This document shows, in pieces, positions 54,556 through 64,000 of a DNA stretch of 64,000 bases. A model generated the notes under the pieces. The model saw only the letters and a list, made by a program, of their open reading frames with translations, was not told the origin of the DNA and ran no database searches. Source of the stretch: Bacilli bacterium (GTDB lineage: Bacteria > Bacillota_I > Bacilli_A > RFN20 > CAG-826); assembly GCA_051872335.1 (NCBI GenBank), contig JBJEDT010000041.1, forward strand, positions 147-64,146, in the 5' to 3' direction. Both the position numbers and the translations under genes were made by a program. Position 1 is the stretch's first letter, and every line of letters begins with the position of its first letter.

Positions 54556-54668
54556 AAAATTCCTCCTTCAATATTTAATAAATTTTTATTAAATGTTATT
54601 ATATACTTAATTAAGTAGTTTGTCATCAAATTAACATTTAATAATTTTTTTAGAAGGGAGTGATGGCA

Positions 54669-57002
54669 ATGATTTGTTTATCTCATATAGTTAAAACTTA
54701 TAAAACTGGTGGTAGAGAAGTAAAAGCTGTTAATGATATTTCTTTGTCTTTTAGAAAGAATGAATTCGTTGCTATACTTGGACCTTCTGGTTGTGGTAAA
54801 ACTACTCTTTTAAATATAATTGGTGCTCTTGATGAAAAAGACAGTGGAGATATTTTTGTTAATGGAGTTTCAACAGAAAAATTTACAAGTCGAGATTGGG
54901 ATGCATATCGTAATAACGAAATAGGATTTGTTTTTCAAAATTATTATTTAATTCCACAACTTAATATTTACGATAATATCGGATTAACATTGAAGATTTC
55001 TAATAAAAAAGAAGAATACCATGAAAAGGTCATGGCTGTTATTAAAAAAGTTGGCTTAGAAGGTTTAGAGAAAAAATATCCTAATCAACTATCTGGAGGA
55101 CAATGTCAAAGAGTTGCTATTGCTCGTGCTTTGATTAATAATCCTACAGTTGTTTTAGCTGATGAACCTACAGGAGCTCTTGATTCTAAAACAGCTACTC
55201 AAATTATGGAATTACTTCAAGAAATTTCCCAAGAACATTTAGTTATTATGGTTACTCATAATAAAGAACATGCTGTTACATATTGTAGTAGAGTTATCGA
55301 GCTATTAGATGGTGAAATGGTTAATGATACAAATCCATATAATCAAGAAAAAGAAGATGAGTCATATGATGCTAATCATGTACATATGTCATTTGGTACG
55401 GCATTGAAACTATCTTTTAAAAATATTTGGTCAAAGAAATTTAGAAATATTTTAACGGTTATTGCTTCAAGTGTTGGAATCGTTTCGGTTGGTTTAATTT
55501 TATCGATGCGAGAAGGAATAGGTAAATATGTTAAAGAAGTTCAACAAAATGCTTTAGGTGATTATCCTGTTATTGTCACTTCTTATTTAAAAACATCTTC
55601 AGTTGCTAAAGAAGAGGAATATGATAAATTTCCAGAAGATGAAAATGTTTTAATCGAATTTTCTGATTCTTTATATACAAACGTTAATACGATGACTGAT
55701 GATTTTTTAAATTATATGGATAAATTAGATCCAAGTTTGTATACTACTAAAAAAACTAATTCAATTATCAAATTTAACTTAGTAACTGAAGTAGTTGAGG
55801 ATTCATATGCATATGTAAAAAACACATATTTCAGTGAAATTTGTGATAATAATATTGTCGTTGAATCACAATATGATGTTTTAAAAGGCAGACTTCCTAA
55901 AGCATATAATGAATTTGCTTTAGTAGTTGATGAATATAATAGATTAAATTTTTATACTTTAAATGGTCTTGGTTATGACGTATCAACTGATACACAAATT
56001 TCATTTGATAATATATTAAGCAAAGAATACAAATTTGTATCAAATGATCATTGGTATCGATATAGTGAATCAAAAGGTTATTATGTCCGTAATACAAGCA
56101 ATTCATATAAAGATTTATATGATATGTCTTCGGAAACTTTTAAAGTAACTTGTATCTTGCGTTTAAAAGAAAATGCTTATAGCAGTTCATTATTATCTAA
56201 TGGTATGTTATATACAGGAAGTTTTGTTGAATTTGTTAAGCAACAATCTCTTGCCAGTGAAATTACACAAAAGCAAATTGAAATGGGTTTCGATTATGAT
56301 GTCTTTGATGGTCAACCTATTGAAGATTATCAAGATTCATCAGGAACATCATATTCTAAAGATTATTTTTACGAATCTAATTTATCAACTTTAGGAGCAA
56401 CTGCTACTATTACTAGAATTTATTATTACACTGATTCTTTTGAGGATCGTGCGCATATTCAAAGTTACATAGCTAAATATAATCCAGATACTGATCCACC
56501 TACAATTGTTAGAGTGAAAGATTATATTGAATCTGTTACTTCTGAATTTTCAGATTTAGTTAGTGTTTTTACAAACGTTTTACTAATTATTTCTTGTGTA
56601 TCATTATTTGTTGCTGCGATTATGATTGCGATAATTTCATATATTTCAGTCCTTGAACGTAAGAAAGAAATTGGTCTTTTACGTGCGCTGGGAGCAAGGC
56701 GAAAAGATGTTTTACTGATGTTTTTAAGTGAGAATGCTTTCATAGGAATTATTGCTGGTGCTCTGGGTGTAATTGGAGCAATGCTTTTGTGTAAACCTGT
56801 TTCTAAATTAGTTGTCAATCTAATTGGAATGTATGGTAATAGTGGAGTACTTGGTTCAGCTACTTTAAACTTAACACGTTTTGAATGGTATATAGGACCA
56901 ATATTAGTAATTTTATCAATTGTTATTAATGTCGTCGCTGGTTTAATTCCTGCTATAAACGGATGTAGAAAACCTGCAATCAATGCTTTACGAAGCGAAT
57001 AA
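54669..57002 (+). CDS. Fused ABC ATPase-permease of MacB/FtsX type
   Basis: GPSGCGKTT, LSGGQCQRVAIARAL and LADEPTGALD. These are followed by a TM helix, an ~330-aa extracytoplasmic domain and a C-terminal FtsX 3-TM bundle. The start (54660/54663/54669) is uncertain. Confidence 0.85.
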   Translation: MICLSHIVKTYKTGGREVKAVNDISLSFRKNEFVAILGPSGCGKTTLLNIIGALDEKDSGDIFVNGVSTEKFTSRDWDAYRNNEIGFVFQNYYLIPQLNIYDNIGLTLKISNKKEEYHEKVMAVIKKVGLEGLEKKYPNQLSGGQCQRVAIARALINNPTVVLADEPTGALDSKTATQIMELLQEISQEHLVIMVTHNKEHAVTYCSRVIELLDGEMVNDTNPYNQEKEDESYDANHVHMSFGTALKLSFKNIWSKKFRNILTVIASSVGIVSVGLILSMREGIGKYVKEVQQNALGDYPVIVTSYLKTSSVAKEEEYDKFPEDENVLIEFSDSLYTNVNTMTDDFLNYMDKLDPSLYTTKKTNSIIKFNLVTEVVEDSYAYVKNTYFSEICDNNIVVESQYDVLKGRLPKAYNEFALVVDEYNRLNFYTLNGLGYDVSTDTQISFDNILSKEYKFVSNDHWYRYSESKGYYVRNTSNSYKDLYDMSSETFKVTCILRLKENAYSSSLLSNGMLYTGSFVEFVKQQSLASEITQKQIEMGFDYDVFDGQPIEDYQDSSGTSYSKDYFYESNLSTLGATATITRIYYYTDSFEDRAHIQSYIAKYNPDTDPPTIVRVKDYIESVTSEFSDLVSVFTNVLLIISCVSLFVAAIMIAIISYISVLERKKEIGLLRALGARRKDVLLMFLSENAFIGIIAGALGVIGAMLLCKPVSKLVVNLIGMYGNSGVLGSATLNLTRFEWYIGPILVILSIVINVVAGLIPAINGCRKPAINALRSE

Positions 57003-57109
57003 AATATAAAATATTTATTTGTTATTTAAATTATTAATATAAAACAGTCTTTATCATTTTCTTTTTTGTGCTACTGTTTTATAATTGCTTATAAAAGAAA
57101 TGAGGTGAT

Positions 57110-58858
57110 ATGATGATATTTGGTAAACATATTAACAAATATTATCTTAAATATTGGTATTTGTTTTTGCTAGGAATCATTTCTTTGGTTGTCGTTGATT
57201 ATGCACAATTATTAATTCCATCTTTACTTGGTGATTTAGTAGAAAAAATCGAACTTTATGGAGTAATCGAGCCAAAATATTTATTACAAATTATTGGGTA
57301 CATGGCTTTGATTGCTTTAGTTATGTTTGTTGGTCGAGTTCTATGGAGAGTCACTTTATTAAGAGGTTCTATATTTGTTGAATCTGATATACGAAAAGAA
57401 ATGTTTGTCCACGCAGAACAAATGTCACAAAGATATTTTCAAAAGAATAAAACAGGTGCCTTAATGGCATTATTTACAAACGACTTAGAGACTATAAAAG
57501 AATCTATTAGTGATGGTACTATTTTTGCTGTTGATGCTTTGTTTTTAGGTACAATGGCTTTTATAAAAATGGCTCAATTAAACTGGATTCTTGCTCTTAT
57601 TTCAATAGCACCATTATTAGTTCTTGCAGCTTGTGGTTATATTGTTGGTAAGTTTATGGAAAAGAAATATCAATTTCGTCAAGAAGCTTATGAAAAGTTA
57701 TCAGACTTTGCTCAAGAAAACTTTTCTGGTATTTCTGTTATTAAAGCTTTTGTAAAAGAGGCTCATGAATTAAGAACATTTACTAAATATAATAAAGCAA
57801 ATCAAAAAGTTAATGTTGAATATGCTCGTTATACAACTATGCTTGATGTTTGTATTGAATTGTTAATTGAATTATCAATTGTTTTAATCATTATTGTTGG
57901 TGGTTTTTATGTTTATGATGATAAATTTACAGCTGCTTCGATGATTGAATTTATTGGTTTATTTGATGCTATTATTTGGCCAATGATTGCGTTTGCTCAA
58001 ATTATTAATATTCATTCTAGAGGTAATACATCATTAAAAAGAGTTAGTGAACTTTTAAATGAAAAAGTAGAGATTCTTGATTATTTACCTTCTGATGTAT
58101 CATGTATTAGTGGAGATATTGAATTTAAGAATTTCTCTTTTACATATCCTGATAGTGAAGTAACTTCTTTACATAATATCTCATTTAAAATTAATAAAGG
58201 TGAAACTATTGGTATTGTGGGTAAGATTGGTTGTGGTAAAACAACTTTAGTAAATGTATTATTGCGTTTATATAATATTGAAGAAGGTACAATCTTTATT
58301 GATGGTGTTGACTTAATGAAAATGCCTATAAAATTATTACGAGATTCTATTGGTTATGTTCCACAAGATAATTTCTTGTTCTCTGATAAAGTAGGCAATA
58401 ATATCCGTTTTGCGAATAAAAATATAAGTCAAGAAGAAACAGAAGACGCTGCAAGGTTTGCTGATGTTGATGAAAATATTAAGAATTTTGTTGATGGTTA
58501 TAACACGATGGTTGGTGAAAGAGGAGTTACTTTATCCGGTGGCCAAAAACAAAGAATTTCAATTGCAAGAGCAATTGTAAAAGAGCCTTCGATTTTGATA
58601 TTAGATGACTCTGTATCAGCCGTTGATGTTAAGACAGAAGAAAAGATCTTACATAATATTAAAGAAAAACGTGCTGGTAAAACGACTATTATAGTTGCTT
58701 CACGTGTATCAACTGTTTCTCATTTAGATAAGATTTTAGTTTTAAAAGATGGAACTATCGAAGCATTTGATTCACCATCAAATTTAATGAAGATTTCACC
58801 TACATATAAACGTATGGTTGAGCTTCAAGAACTAGAAAAAGAAGTGGAGGGTGAATAG
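57110..58858 (+). CDS. ABC exporter half-transporter (TMD-NBD), subunit 1 of a heterodimer
   Basis: 6 TM helices plus GKIGCGKTT, LSGGQKQRISIARA and ILILDDSVSAVD. Confidence 0.9.
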   Translation: MMIFGKHINKYYLKYWYLFLLGIISLVVVDYAQLLIPSLLGDLVEKIELYGVIEPKYLLQIIGYMALIALVMFVGRVLWRVTLLRGSIFVESDIRKEMFVHAEQMSQRYFQKNKTGALMALFTNDLETIKESISDGTIFAVDALFLGTMAFIKMAQLNWILALISIAPLLVLAACGYIVGKFMEKKYQFRQEAYEKLSDFAQENFSGISVIKAFVKEAHELRTFTKYNKANQKVNVEYARYTTMLDVCIELLIELSIVLIIIVGGFYVYDDKFTAASMIEFIGLFDAIIWPMIAFAQIINIHSRGNTSLKRVSELLNEKVEILDYLPSDVSCISGDIEFKNFSFTYPDSEVTSLHNISFKINKGETIGIVGKIGCGKTTLVNVLLRLYNIEEGTIFIDGVDLMKMPIKLLRDSIGYVPQDNFLFSDKVGNNIRFANKNISQEETEDAARFADVDENIKNFVDGYNTMVGERGVTLSGGQKQRISIARAIVKEPSILILDDSVSAVDVKTEEKILHNIKEKRAGKTTIIVASRVSTVSHLDKILVLKDGTIEAFDSPSNLMKISPTYKRMVELQELEKEVEGE

Positions 58859-58859
58859 T

Positions 58860-60641
58860 ATGAAAGAATTAGATAATGAAATTCGCACTATGAAAGACTC
58901 TGCTATTTTAAAGCGTACATTCCAGTATATTAAGCCACATATCCCAATGTTTCTATTATCATTTTTATTAATGTTGATATTCATTGGAGTTCAAGCTTAT
59001 GTTCCTATTTTATTTGGTAATGTTACAGCTTTAATTCTTGACCCAGCAGGGTTTGCATTAAATTCAGTCATTGTAATGGCTTTAGGTTATTTTGGATGTG
59101 TTGTGGGTTCTTTAATATTTGTTTATTTTAATACAATGCTTTTACAAAAAGTTGGACAAAAGATTGTTTTTACTTTAAGACAAGAAGTATTTACACATAT
59201 TGAATCATTATCAATAGCTCAAATTAATAGTACTCCTGTCGGTAAATTTGTTACTCGTGTAACCAGTGATACTAATGCAGTTAATGATTTGTATACAAAC
59301 ATATTAGTTAACTTATTAAAAAACGCAATATCTGTAGTTGTATATGCAGTAATGATGTTTGTCTTAGATTGGCGAATCGCTTTAGTTATTATGATTTTTG
59401 TTCCAATTGTAACAATATTATCATTTATTTTTAGAAAATATTCTCGTGCTGCTTATAGAGATGTTCGAAATAATATTTCAGCAATGAATGCTTTTTTATC
59501 GGAGAACATCTCAGGAATTAAAATTACACAAATATTTAATCAAGAAAAAAGAAAAGAAGAAGAATTTGATGAATGTAATAATAAATTAAAGAAAGCACAA
59601 GAAAAGCAAGTATTTGTTTTTGCATTATTTAGACCAGCAATTTTTGTTCTTTATGTTTTTGCAGAAATGATTGTCTTGTATTTAGGTTTTAAACGTATAG
59701 GTATTGAATCTGATATTGCTATTTCATTTAATATTGTTTATTCACTTTATATGTATGTAAGTAGGTTCTTCCAACCAATTCAAACTCTTGCTGATCAATT
59801 CAATGGTTTGCAAAGATGTTTTGCAGCTAGTGAAAGACTTTTCTTATTACTTGATACCAAACCAGATTTACTAGATCAAGAAGATTCAATCGAACTTGAA
59901 AATATAAAAGGTGAAATTGAATTTAAAAATGTTTGGTTTGCTTATAAAGAAGAAGAATGGATTTTGAAAGATGTTTCATTTAAAGTTAATCCAAAAGAAA
60001 CAGTGGCTTTTGTTGGTGCAACAGGTGCCGGAAAAACAACTATTTTAAGTTTAATAGTTAGAAACTATGAAATTCAAAAAGGTCAAATTTTAATTGATGG
60101 AATTGATATAAAACATATAAAGATTCAATCATTAAGAAGAAACATTGGACAAATGTTACAAGATGTTTTCTTATTTTCTGGAACATTAAAAGAAAATATT
60201 TCTTTAAGAGATGATTCAATAAATGATGCAGAAATTGAGGATGCTTGCAAGTATGTTGGTGCTGATACATTTATTAATAAACTTGATAATAAATATGATT
60301 ATGTACTACAAGAAAGAGGGGCTAACTTCTCGAGTGGACAAAGGCAGTTAATTTCTTTTGCAAGAACAATTGTTCATAAACCTAAGATTATGATTCTTGA
60401 TGAAGCAACTTCAAATATTGATACCGAAACTGAAAAATTAATACAATCATCTTTAAATAAAATGATGAATATCGGCACAATGTTAATAGTTGCACATAGA
60501 TTATCAACAATTCAACATGCTGATAAAATTATTGTTTTACAAAAAGGTGAAATTCTAGAATCTGGTACTCATCAAGAGTTACTAAAGAAAAAAGGTTATT
60601 ATTATAATCTTTATAGGCTTCAATATGAAGGCGACCGATAG
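58860..60641 (+). CDS. ABC exporter half-transporter, subunit 2
   Basis: 6 TM helices plus GATGAGKTT, FSSGQRQLISFART and IMILDEATSNID. ATG 58860 follows GTGGAGGG. Confidence 0.9.
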   Translation: MKELDNEIRTMKDSAILKRTFQYIKPHIPMFLLSFLLMLIFIGVQAYVPILFGNVTALILDPAGFALNSVIVMALGYFGCVVGSLIFVYFNTMLLQKVGQKIVFTLRQEVFTHIESLSIAQINSTPVGKFVTRVTSDTNAVNDLYTNILVNLLKNAISVVVYAVMMFVLDWRIALVIMIFVPIVTILSFIFRKYSRAAYRDVRNNISAMNAFLSENISGIKITQIFNQEKRKEEEFDECNNKLKKAQEKQVFVFALFRPAIFVLYVFAEMIVLYLGFKRIGIESDIAISFNIVYSLYMYVSRFFQPIQTLADQFNGLQRCFAASERLFLLLDTKPDLLDQEDSIELENIKGEIEFKNVWFAYKEEEWILKDVSFKVNPKETVAFVGATGAGKTTILSLIVRNYEIQKGQILIDGIDIKHIKIQSLRRNIGQMLQDVFLFSGTLKENISLRDDSINDAEIEDACKYVGADTFINKLDNKYDYVLQERGANFSSGQRQLISFARTIVHKPKIMILDEATSNIDTETEKLIQSSLNKMMNIGTMLIVAHRLSTIQHADKIIVLQKGEILESGTHQELLKKKGYYYNLYRLQYEGDR

Positions 60642-60652
60642 GTCGTCTTTTA
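60631..60652 (+). terminator. Short hairpin overlapping the stop codon plus T-tract
   Basis: GCGACC-GATA-GGTCGT followed by CTTTT. Confidence 0.45.
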
Positions 60653-60713
60653 TAATGCATTATAAAGCATTAAAATTTAAAATAATGTTATAATAATTCC
60701 AGGTGGTGAATGT

Positions 60714-63113
60714 ATGAAGAAGAAATTCTTAATTGAAGGAATGACTTGTACAGCTTGCCAAGGGCATGTATTTAATGCAGTAAATAATTTAAAAAATGTC
60801 GATAATGTAAATGTTAATTTAATAACTAATACACTAGAATTAGATACTACTTTAAATAATCAAGAAATTGTTTCAGCTGTTAAATTAGCTGGATATAAAG
60901 CTATTCCTTTAGAAGAAAATATATATCAAAAAAAAGATAATAAGCAAAAAAATAAATTAATTGTTTCACTAGTATTTTGGTTACTTTTAATGTTTTTTGC
61001 AATGGGATCAATGGCTAATATTCCTTTCTTGTCATTTTTTATGACTACTAAAGGGGCATTATATTTTTCACTTATTCAAATAATATTATTGATTCCAATT
61101 GTTATTTTAAATTTCCATTATTTTATAAATGGATATAAGAGATTGTTTAAGTTAGCTCCAACTATGGATTCTTTAGTTGCTATAGGTTCAACTTTTTCTA
61201 TTCTTTATGGAATTTATGGAACCATAATGATTATTTATGGTATGGCATCTAACAATGAACCTCTTATTCATCAATTTCATCATGATTTATATTTTGAGGG
61301 AGCAGGAACTATATTAACTCTTGTTTCAGTTGGTAAATTTATAGAAGCACACTCCAAAGCTAAAACAAGTAATGCTTTAAATATGCTTCTTGATTTGACG
61401 GGAAAAAAAGCAATTCTTGTTAAAGATAATAAAGAAGAAGAAATAGATGTTAATGATATTGAAGTTGGAAGTATTTTAAAGATTATTCCTGGTATGTCAG
61501 TTCCGGTAGATGGGAAAGTTATTAAAGGTACTAGTAATATTGATGAATCATCAATTAGTGGAGAGGCCGTTCCTATTTATAAAAAAAAGAATAGTAAAGT
61601 TATTAGTGGAACAATGAATATTGATGGAGTAATTTATGTTAAGGCGACATCAACAAGTAAGACATCAACGCTTTCTCAAATAATTAAGATGGTTGAAGAT
61701 GTATCTTTATCGAAAGCTCCATTAACACGAATTGCTGATAAAGTAAGTGGTATCTTTGTTCCTATTGTTATTGGGTTAGCTCTTATTACTTTTATAGTAT
61801 GGATTTGCATTAGTAAAGATGTTTCTTTTTCTATTAGTTTAGGAATTTCAGTACTTGTAATTTCTTGTCCTTGTGCTTTAGGATTAGCTACTCCAATTGC
61901 TGCTATGATTGCAAGTGGAATAGGAGCTAAAAATCATGTGTTATTTAAAAATCATGAGGCTTTAGAAAAGCTTAGTTCAATTGATACAGTAGTTTTAGAT
62001 AAAACAGGTACAATTACAAATGGAAAACCAGTAATAAAAGAATTTACTCAATATGATGATAATTTTTTCAATATTCTTTATGGGCTAGAAAAAAATTCAT
62101 CTCATCCATTAGCAAAATGTATTGTTGATTATTGTAAAGAAAATAAAATTAAAAGTGAAAAGTTGACAAATATTAAAAATATACCAGGGCTAGGTATTAA
62201 AGGTAGTTTAAATAAAGAAGAATTTTTTGCCGGTAGTAAAAAATTTTTTGAAAAATTTAATCTTGATTTATCAAATATTGATGAACAAAATAGTTCATTA
62301 ATTATATTAGGAACAGCAAAGAAAATTTTTGGTTTTGTCTTAATTGATGACACATTAAAAGATAATTCAGCTTACGCTATTTCTTTATTTAGAAAAGAAA
62401 AGATTAAGACAATTATGCTTACAGGAGATCAAGATAGAAATGCTCAATATGTGAAACAAATCGCAGGTGTGGATGAAGCATATGGTAATTTATTACCTAT
62501 AGATAAAGCAAATAAAATTATAGAACTTAACAAAGACCATAAGACATTAATGATTGGTGATGGCATAAATGATGCTATAGCATTAGAAAGTTCTTTTGTT
62601 TCTATGGCTATTGGTGCAGGAAGTGATATTGCTATTGAATCATCTGATATTATTTTATCGAGTAATGATTTATTATCAGCATATAATGCTTATCGTTTAA
62701 GTAAGAAGACAATGAACAATATTAAATTTAATTTATTTTGGGCATTTTTCTATAATGTAATTGCTATTCCTTTAGCAATGGGAGTTTTGTATATCCCATT
62801 TGGAATAAAACTTAATCCGATGATTGCATCACTTGCTATGTGTTTATCAAGCATATCAGTTGTTTTAACGGCAATGACATTATTTAAATTTAAAAACGTG
62901 GAGGTAAAAACGATGGAAAAAGAAATTTTTGTAGAAGGTATGATGTGTTCTCATTGTGAACATCATGTCAAAGAAGCTTTAGAAAAAATCAAAGGAGTAA
63001 AAGAAGCAGTGCCTGATTTTAAGACAGGAAAAGTAGTTTTAAAGTGTACTAAAGAAATTAAAAATGAAGATATAATTAATGCTGTGTCCAAAGCAGGGTA
63101 TAAAGTTAAATAA
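60714..63113 (+). CDS. copA: Copper-translocating P1B-type ATPase with N-terminal and C-terminal HMA domains
   Basis: N-terminal 'GMTCTAC', TM6 'CPC', 'DKTGTIT' and 'GDGINDA'. There is an extra C-terminal HMA 'EGMMCSHCEHHVKEALEKIKGV'. Confidence 0.9.
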   Translation: MKKKFLIEGMTCTACQGHVFNAVNNLKNVDNVNVNLITNTLELDTTLNNQEIVSAVKLAGYKAIPLEENIYQKKDNKQKNKLIVSLVFWLLLMFFAMGSMANIPFLSFFMTTKGALYFSLIQIILLIPIVILNFHYFINGYKRLFKLAPTMDSLVAIGSTFSILYGIYGTIMIIYGMASNNEPLIHQFHHDLYFEGAGTILTLVSVGKFIEAHSKAKTSNALNMLLDLTGKKAILVKDNKEEEIDVNDIEVGSILKIIPGMSVPVDGKVIKGTSNIDESSISGEAVPIYKKKNSKVISGTMNIDGVIYVKATSTSKTSTLSQIIKMVEDVSLSKAPLTRIADKVSGIFVPIVIGLALITFIVWICISKDVSFSISLGISVLVISCPCALGLATPIAAMIASGIGAKNHVLFKNHEALEKLSSIDTVVLDKTGTITNGKPVIKEFTQYDDNFFNILYGLEKNSSHPLAKCIVDYCKENKIKSEKLTNIKNIPGLGIKGSLNKEEFFAGSKKFFEKFNLDLSNIDEQNSSLIILGTAKKIFGFVLIDDTLKDNSAYAISLFRKEKIKTIMLTGDQDRNAQYVKQIAGVDEAYGNLLPIDKANKIIELNKDHKTLMIGDGINDAIALESSFVSMAIGAGSDIAIESSDIILSSNDLLSAYNAYRLSKKTMNNIKFNLFWAFFYNVIAIPLAMGVLYIPFGIKLNPMIASLAMCLSSISVVLTAMTLFKFKNVEVKTMEKEIFVEGMMCSHCEHHVKEALEKIKGVKEAVPDFKTGKVVLKCTKEIKNEDIINAVSKAGYKVK

Positions 63114-63195
63114 TTTATTTATTTTATAAAAATTATTCATTGCTAAAAATACCTTGAAATGATAATATTTATTCGTTTGTGAAAGGAGACACTAT

Positions 63196-64000
63196 ATGAA
63201 GAATCTTAAGGGACCACTTATTCTTTTAATGACATCTATTATATGGGGTCTTGCTTTTATGTTCCAATCAAAAGGTATGGATCATATTGGGCCATTAGTT
63301 TTCAATACAATACGTTTTGGAATTGGAGCCATAATTTTATTAATAACAAAATTAATTATTTTCTTTGTTAGAAAACACAATGGAATAAATGAACCATTTA
63401 TAAATAAACCTACTTTATATGCTGGTTTATTGTGTGGTGTGTTTGTTTTCTTAGGTTCAACTTTCCAACAAGTCGGTATTGTAACTACAGACTCAGGGAA
63501 AGCTGGTTTCATTACAGCATTATATATTTTATTTGTCCCAATATTAGGTTTGATATTGAAAAAGAAAACATCTTGGAATGGATGGGTTTCTGTAATTATT
63601 GCTCTTTGTGGATTTTTCTTTTTAAGTCTTATAGGTGGGATAACAAATATTTCCATTGGAGATATATATTTACTTGGTAGTGCAATAATGTTTGCAAGTC
63701 AAATATTAACTGTCGACCATTTTGCTGAGAGAAGCGACCCTATTATGGTTTGTTTAATTCAGTTTGCTATTTCGACTGTTTGTTCATTTATTGCAAGTTT
63801 GTTTTTTGAATCATGGACAATTGAAGGAATTGTTGGCGCAAAATGGTCGATACTTTATACAGGTGTTTTATCTTGTGGTATTGCATATGCTTTACAAATG
63901 ATTGGTCAAAAATATACAAAACCATCTGTTGCTTCACTTATTCTTTCTCTTGAATCAGTAGTTGCAATAATTGCAGGTGTATTATTTTTAAATGAAACAT
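63196..64000 (+). CDS. DMT-superfamily (EamA) transporter, 3' end beyond the window
   Basis: ATG 63196 follows GAAAGGAG, and the frame stays open to the window end ('GPLILLMTSIIWGLAFMFQ...LGSAIMFASQILTVDHF...ILSLESVVAIIAGVLFLNE'). It is not in the ORF track because no stop is reached. Confidence 0.8.
   Translation, partial: MKNLKGPLILLMTSIIWGLAFMFQSKGMDHIGPLVFNTIRFGIGAIILLITKLIIFFVRKHNGINEPFINKPTLYAGLLCGVFVFLGSTFQQVGIVTTDSGKAGFITALYILFVPILGLILKKKTSWNGWVSVIIALCGFFFLSLIGGITNISIGDIYLLGSAIMFASQILTVDHFAERSDPIMVCLIQFAISTVCSFIASLFFESWTIEGIVGAKWSILYTGVLSCGIAYALQMIGQKYTKPSVASLILSLESVVAIIAGVLFLNET

Noticed and set aside
57044-57083. Hairpin AAAACAGT...ACTGTTTT between the MacB-like gene and the ABC exporter, considered as a terminator
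   Set aside because: It has an 8-bp A/T-rich stem with a 24-nt loop and no clear following T-tract, so it is too weak to annotate.
63282-63680. Track ORFs 63282-63656 (-) and 63432-63680 (+)
   Set aside because: Both overlap an open-ended + strand frame (63196 to the window end). That frame has a good SD and a clear EamA/DMT transporter sequence. It is missing from the track only because no stop codon is reached.
1-64000. CRISPR arrays, rRNA/tRNA genes, riboswitches, IS elements, integrases, prophage genes
   Set aside because: I scanned the longer intergenic regions (3378-3591, 4648-5095, 6862-7124, 9318-9903, 11709-11919, 47967-48127, 57003-57109, 63114-63195). I found no cloverleaf-capable tRNA sequence, no regular repeat-spacer array, and no transposase or recombinase ORF. 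The only repeats are those reported.

Overview
The window is AT-rich (roughly 30% G+C by eye). It uses the standard genetic code, since TGA acts as a stop (for example at the end of uxaA). It looks like a chromosome segment from a low-GC Gram-positive or Mollicutes-related organism, with many lipoproteins carrying an L-x-G/S-C lipobox. All family calls come from motif recognition in the supplied translations; no database search was possible.

The window falls into three blocks.

(1) 1-12.3 kb is accessory. It starts with an array of small orphan, immunity-like genes: one is frameshifted at an A7 run and one carries a CPCC Cys-rich domain. A ~6.5 kb stretch follows in which gene units are separated by four copies, plus one fragment, of a modular intergenic repeat. 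Each copy holds a triplet of ~12-nt direct repeats at 20-21 bp phasing followed by a conserved tail. The units are: a 351-aa orphan protein; a Doc/Fic-like protein whose catalytic His is Gln, next to a small Pol-beta-type nucleotidyltransferase; and a TetR regulator divergent from a TSUP (TauE/SafE) domain fused to a polyprenol/DAG-kinase-like domain. After these come a small NPNN-repeat protein, a TetR+SDR pair and a zinc-ribbon membrane protein.

(2) 12.4-51.7 kb is glycan utilisation.
- Two esterases and two MATE exporters.
- Hexuronate catabolism (uxaB, uxaA, uxaC), cytoplasmic GH28, CE8 and SGNH esterases, and GntR and PucR-like regulators.
- An Lpl-type ABC importer interleaved with five uncharacterised membrane proteins.
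- A galactan/alpha-glucan locus with two GH53 enzymes, a GH13 amylase, a pullulanase, a MalEFG-like importer and an MsmK-like ATPase carrying a 29-aa insertion.

(3) 51.8-64 kb holds pmbA-tldD, a MacB-like ABC protein, a heterodimeric ABC exporter, CopA with N- and C-terminal HMA domains, and a truncated DMT transporter.

I saw no rRNA, tRNA, CRISPR array, transposase or integrase. The best novelty candidates are the repeat-delimited cassette region at 3.2-9.8 kb, especially the pseudo-Doc + nucleotidyltransferase pair, followed by the membrane-protein-decorated ABC importer at 22-30.5 kb.
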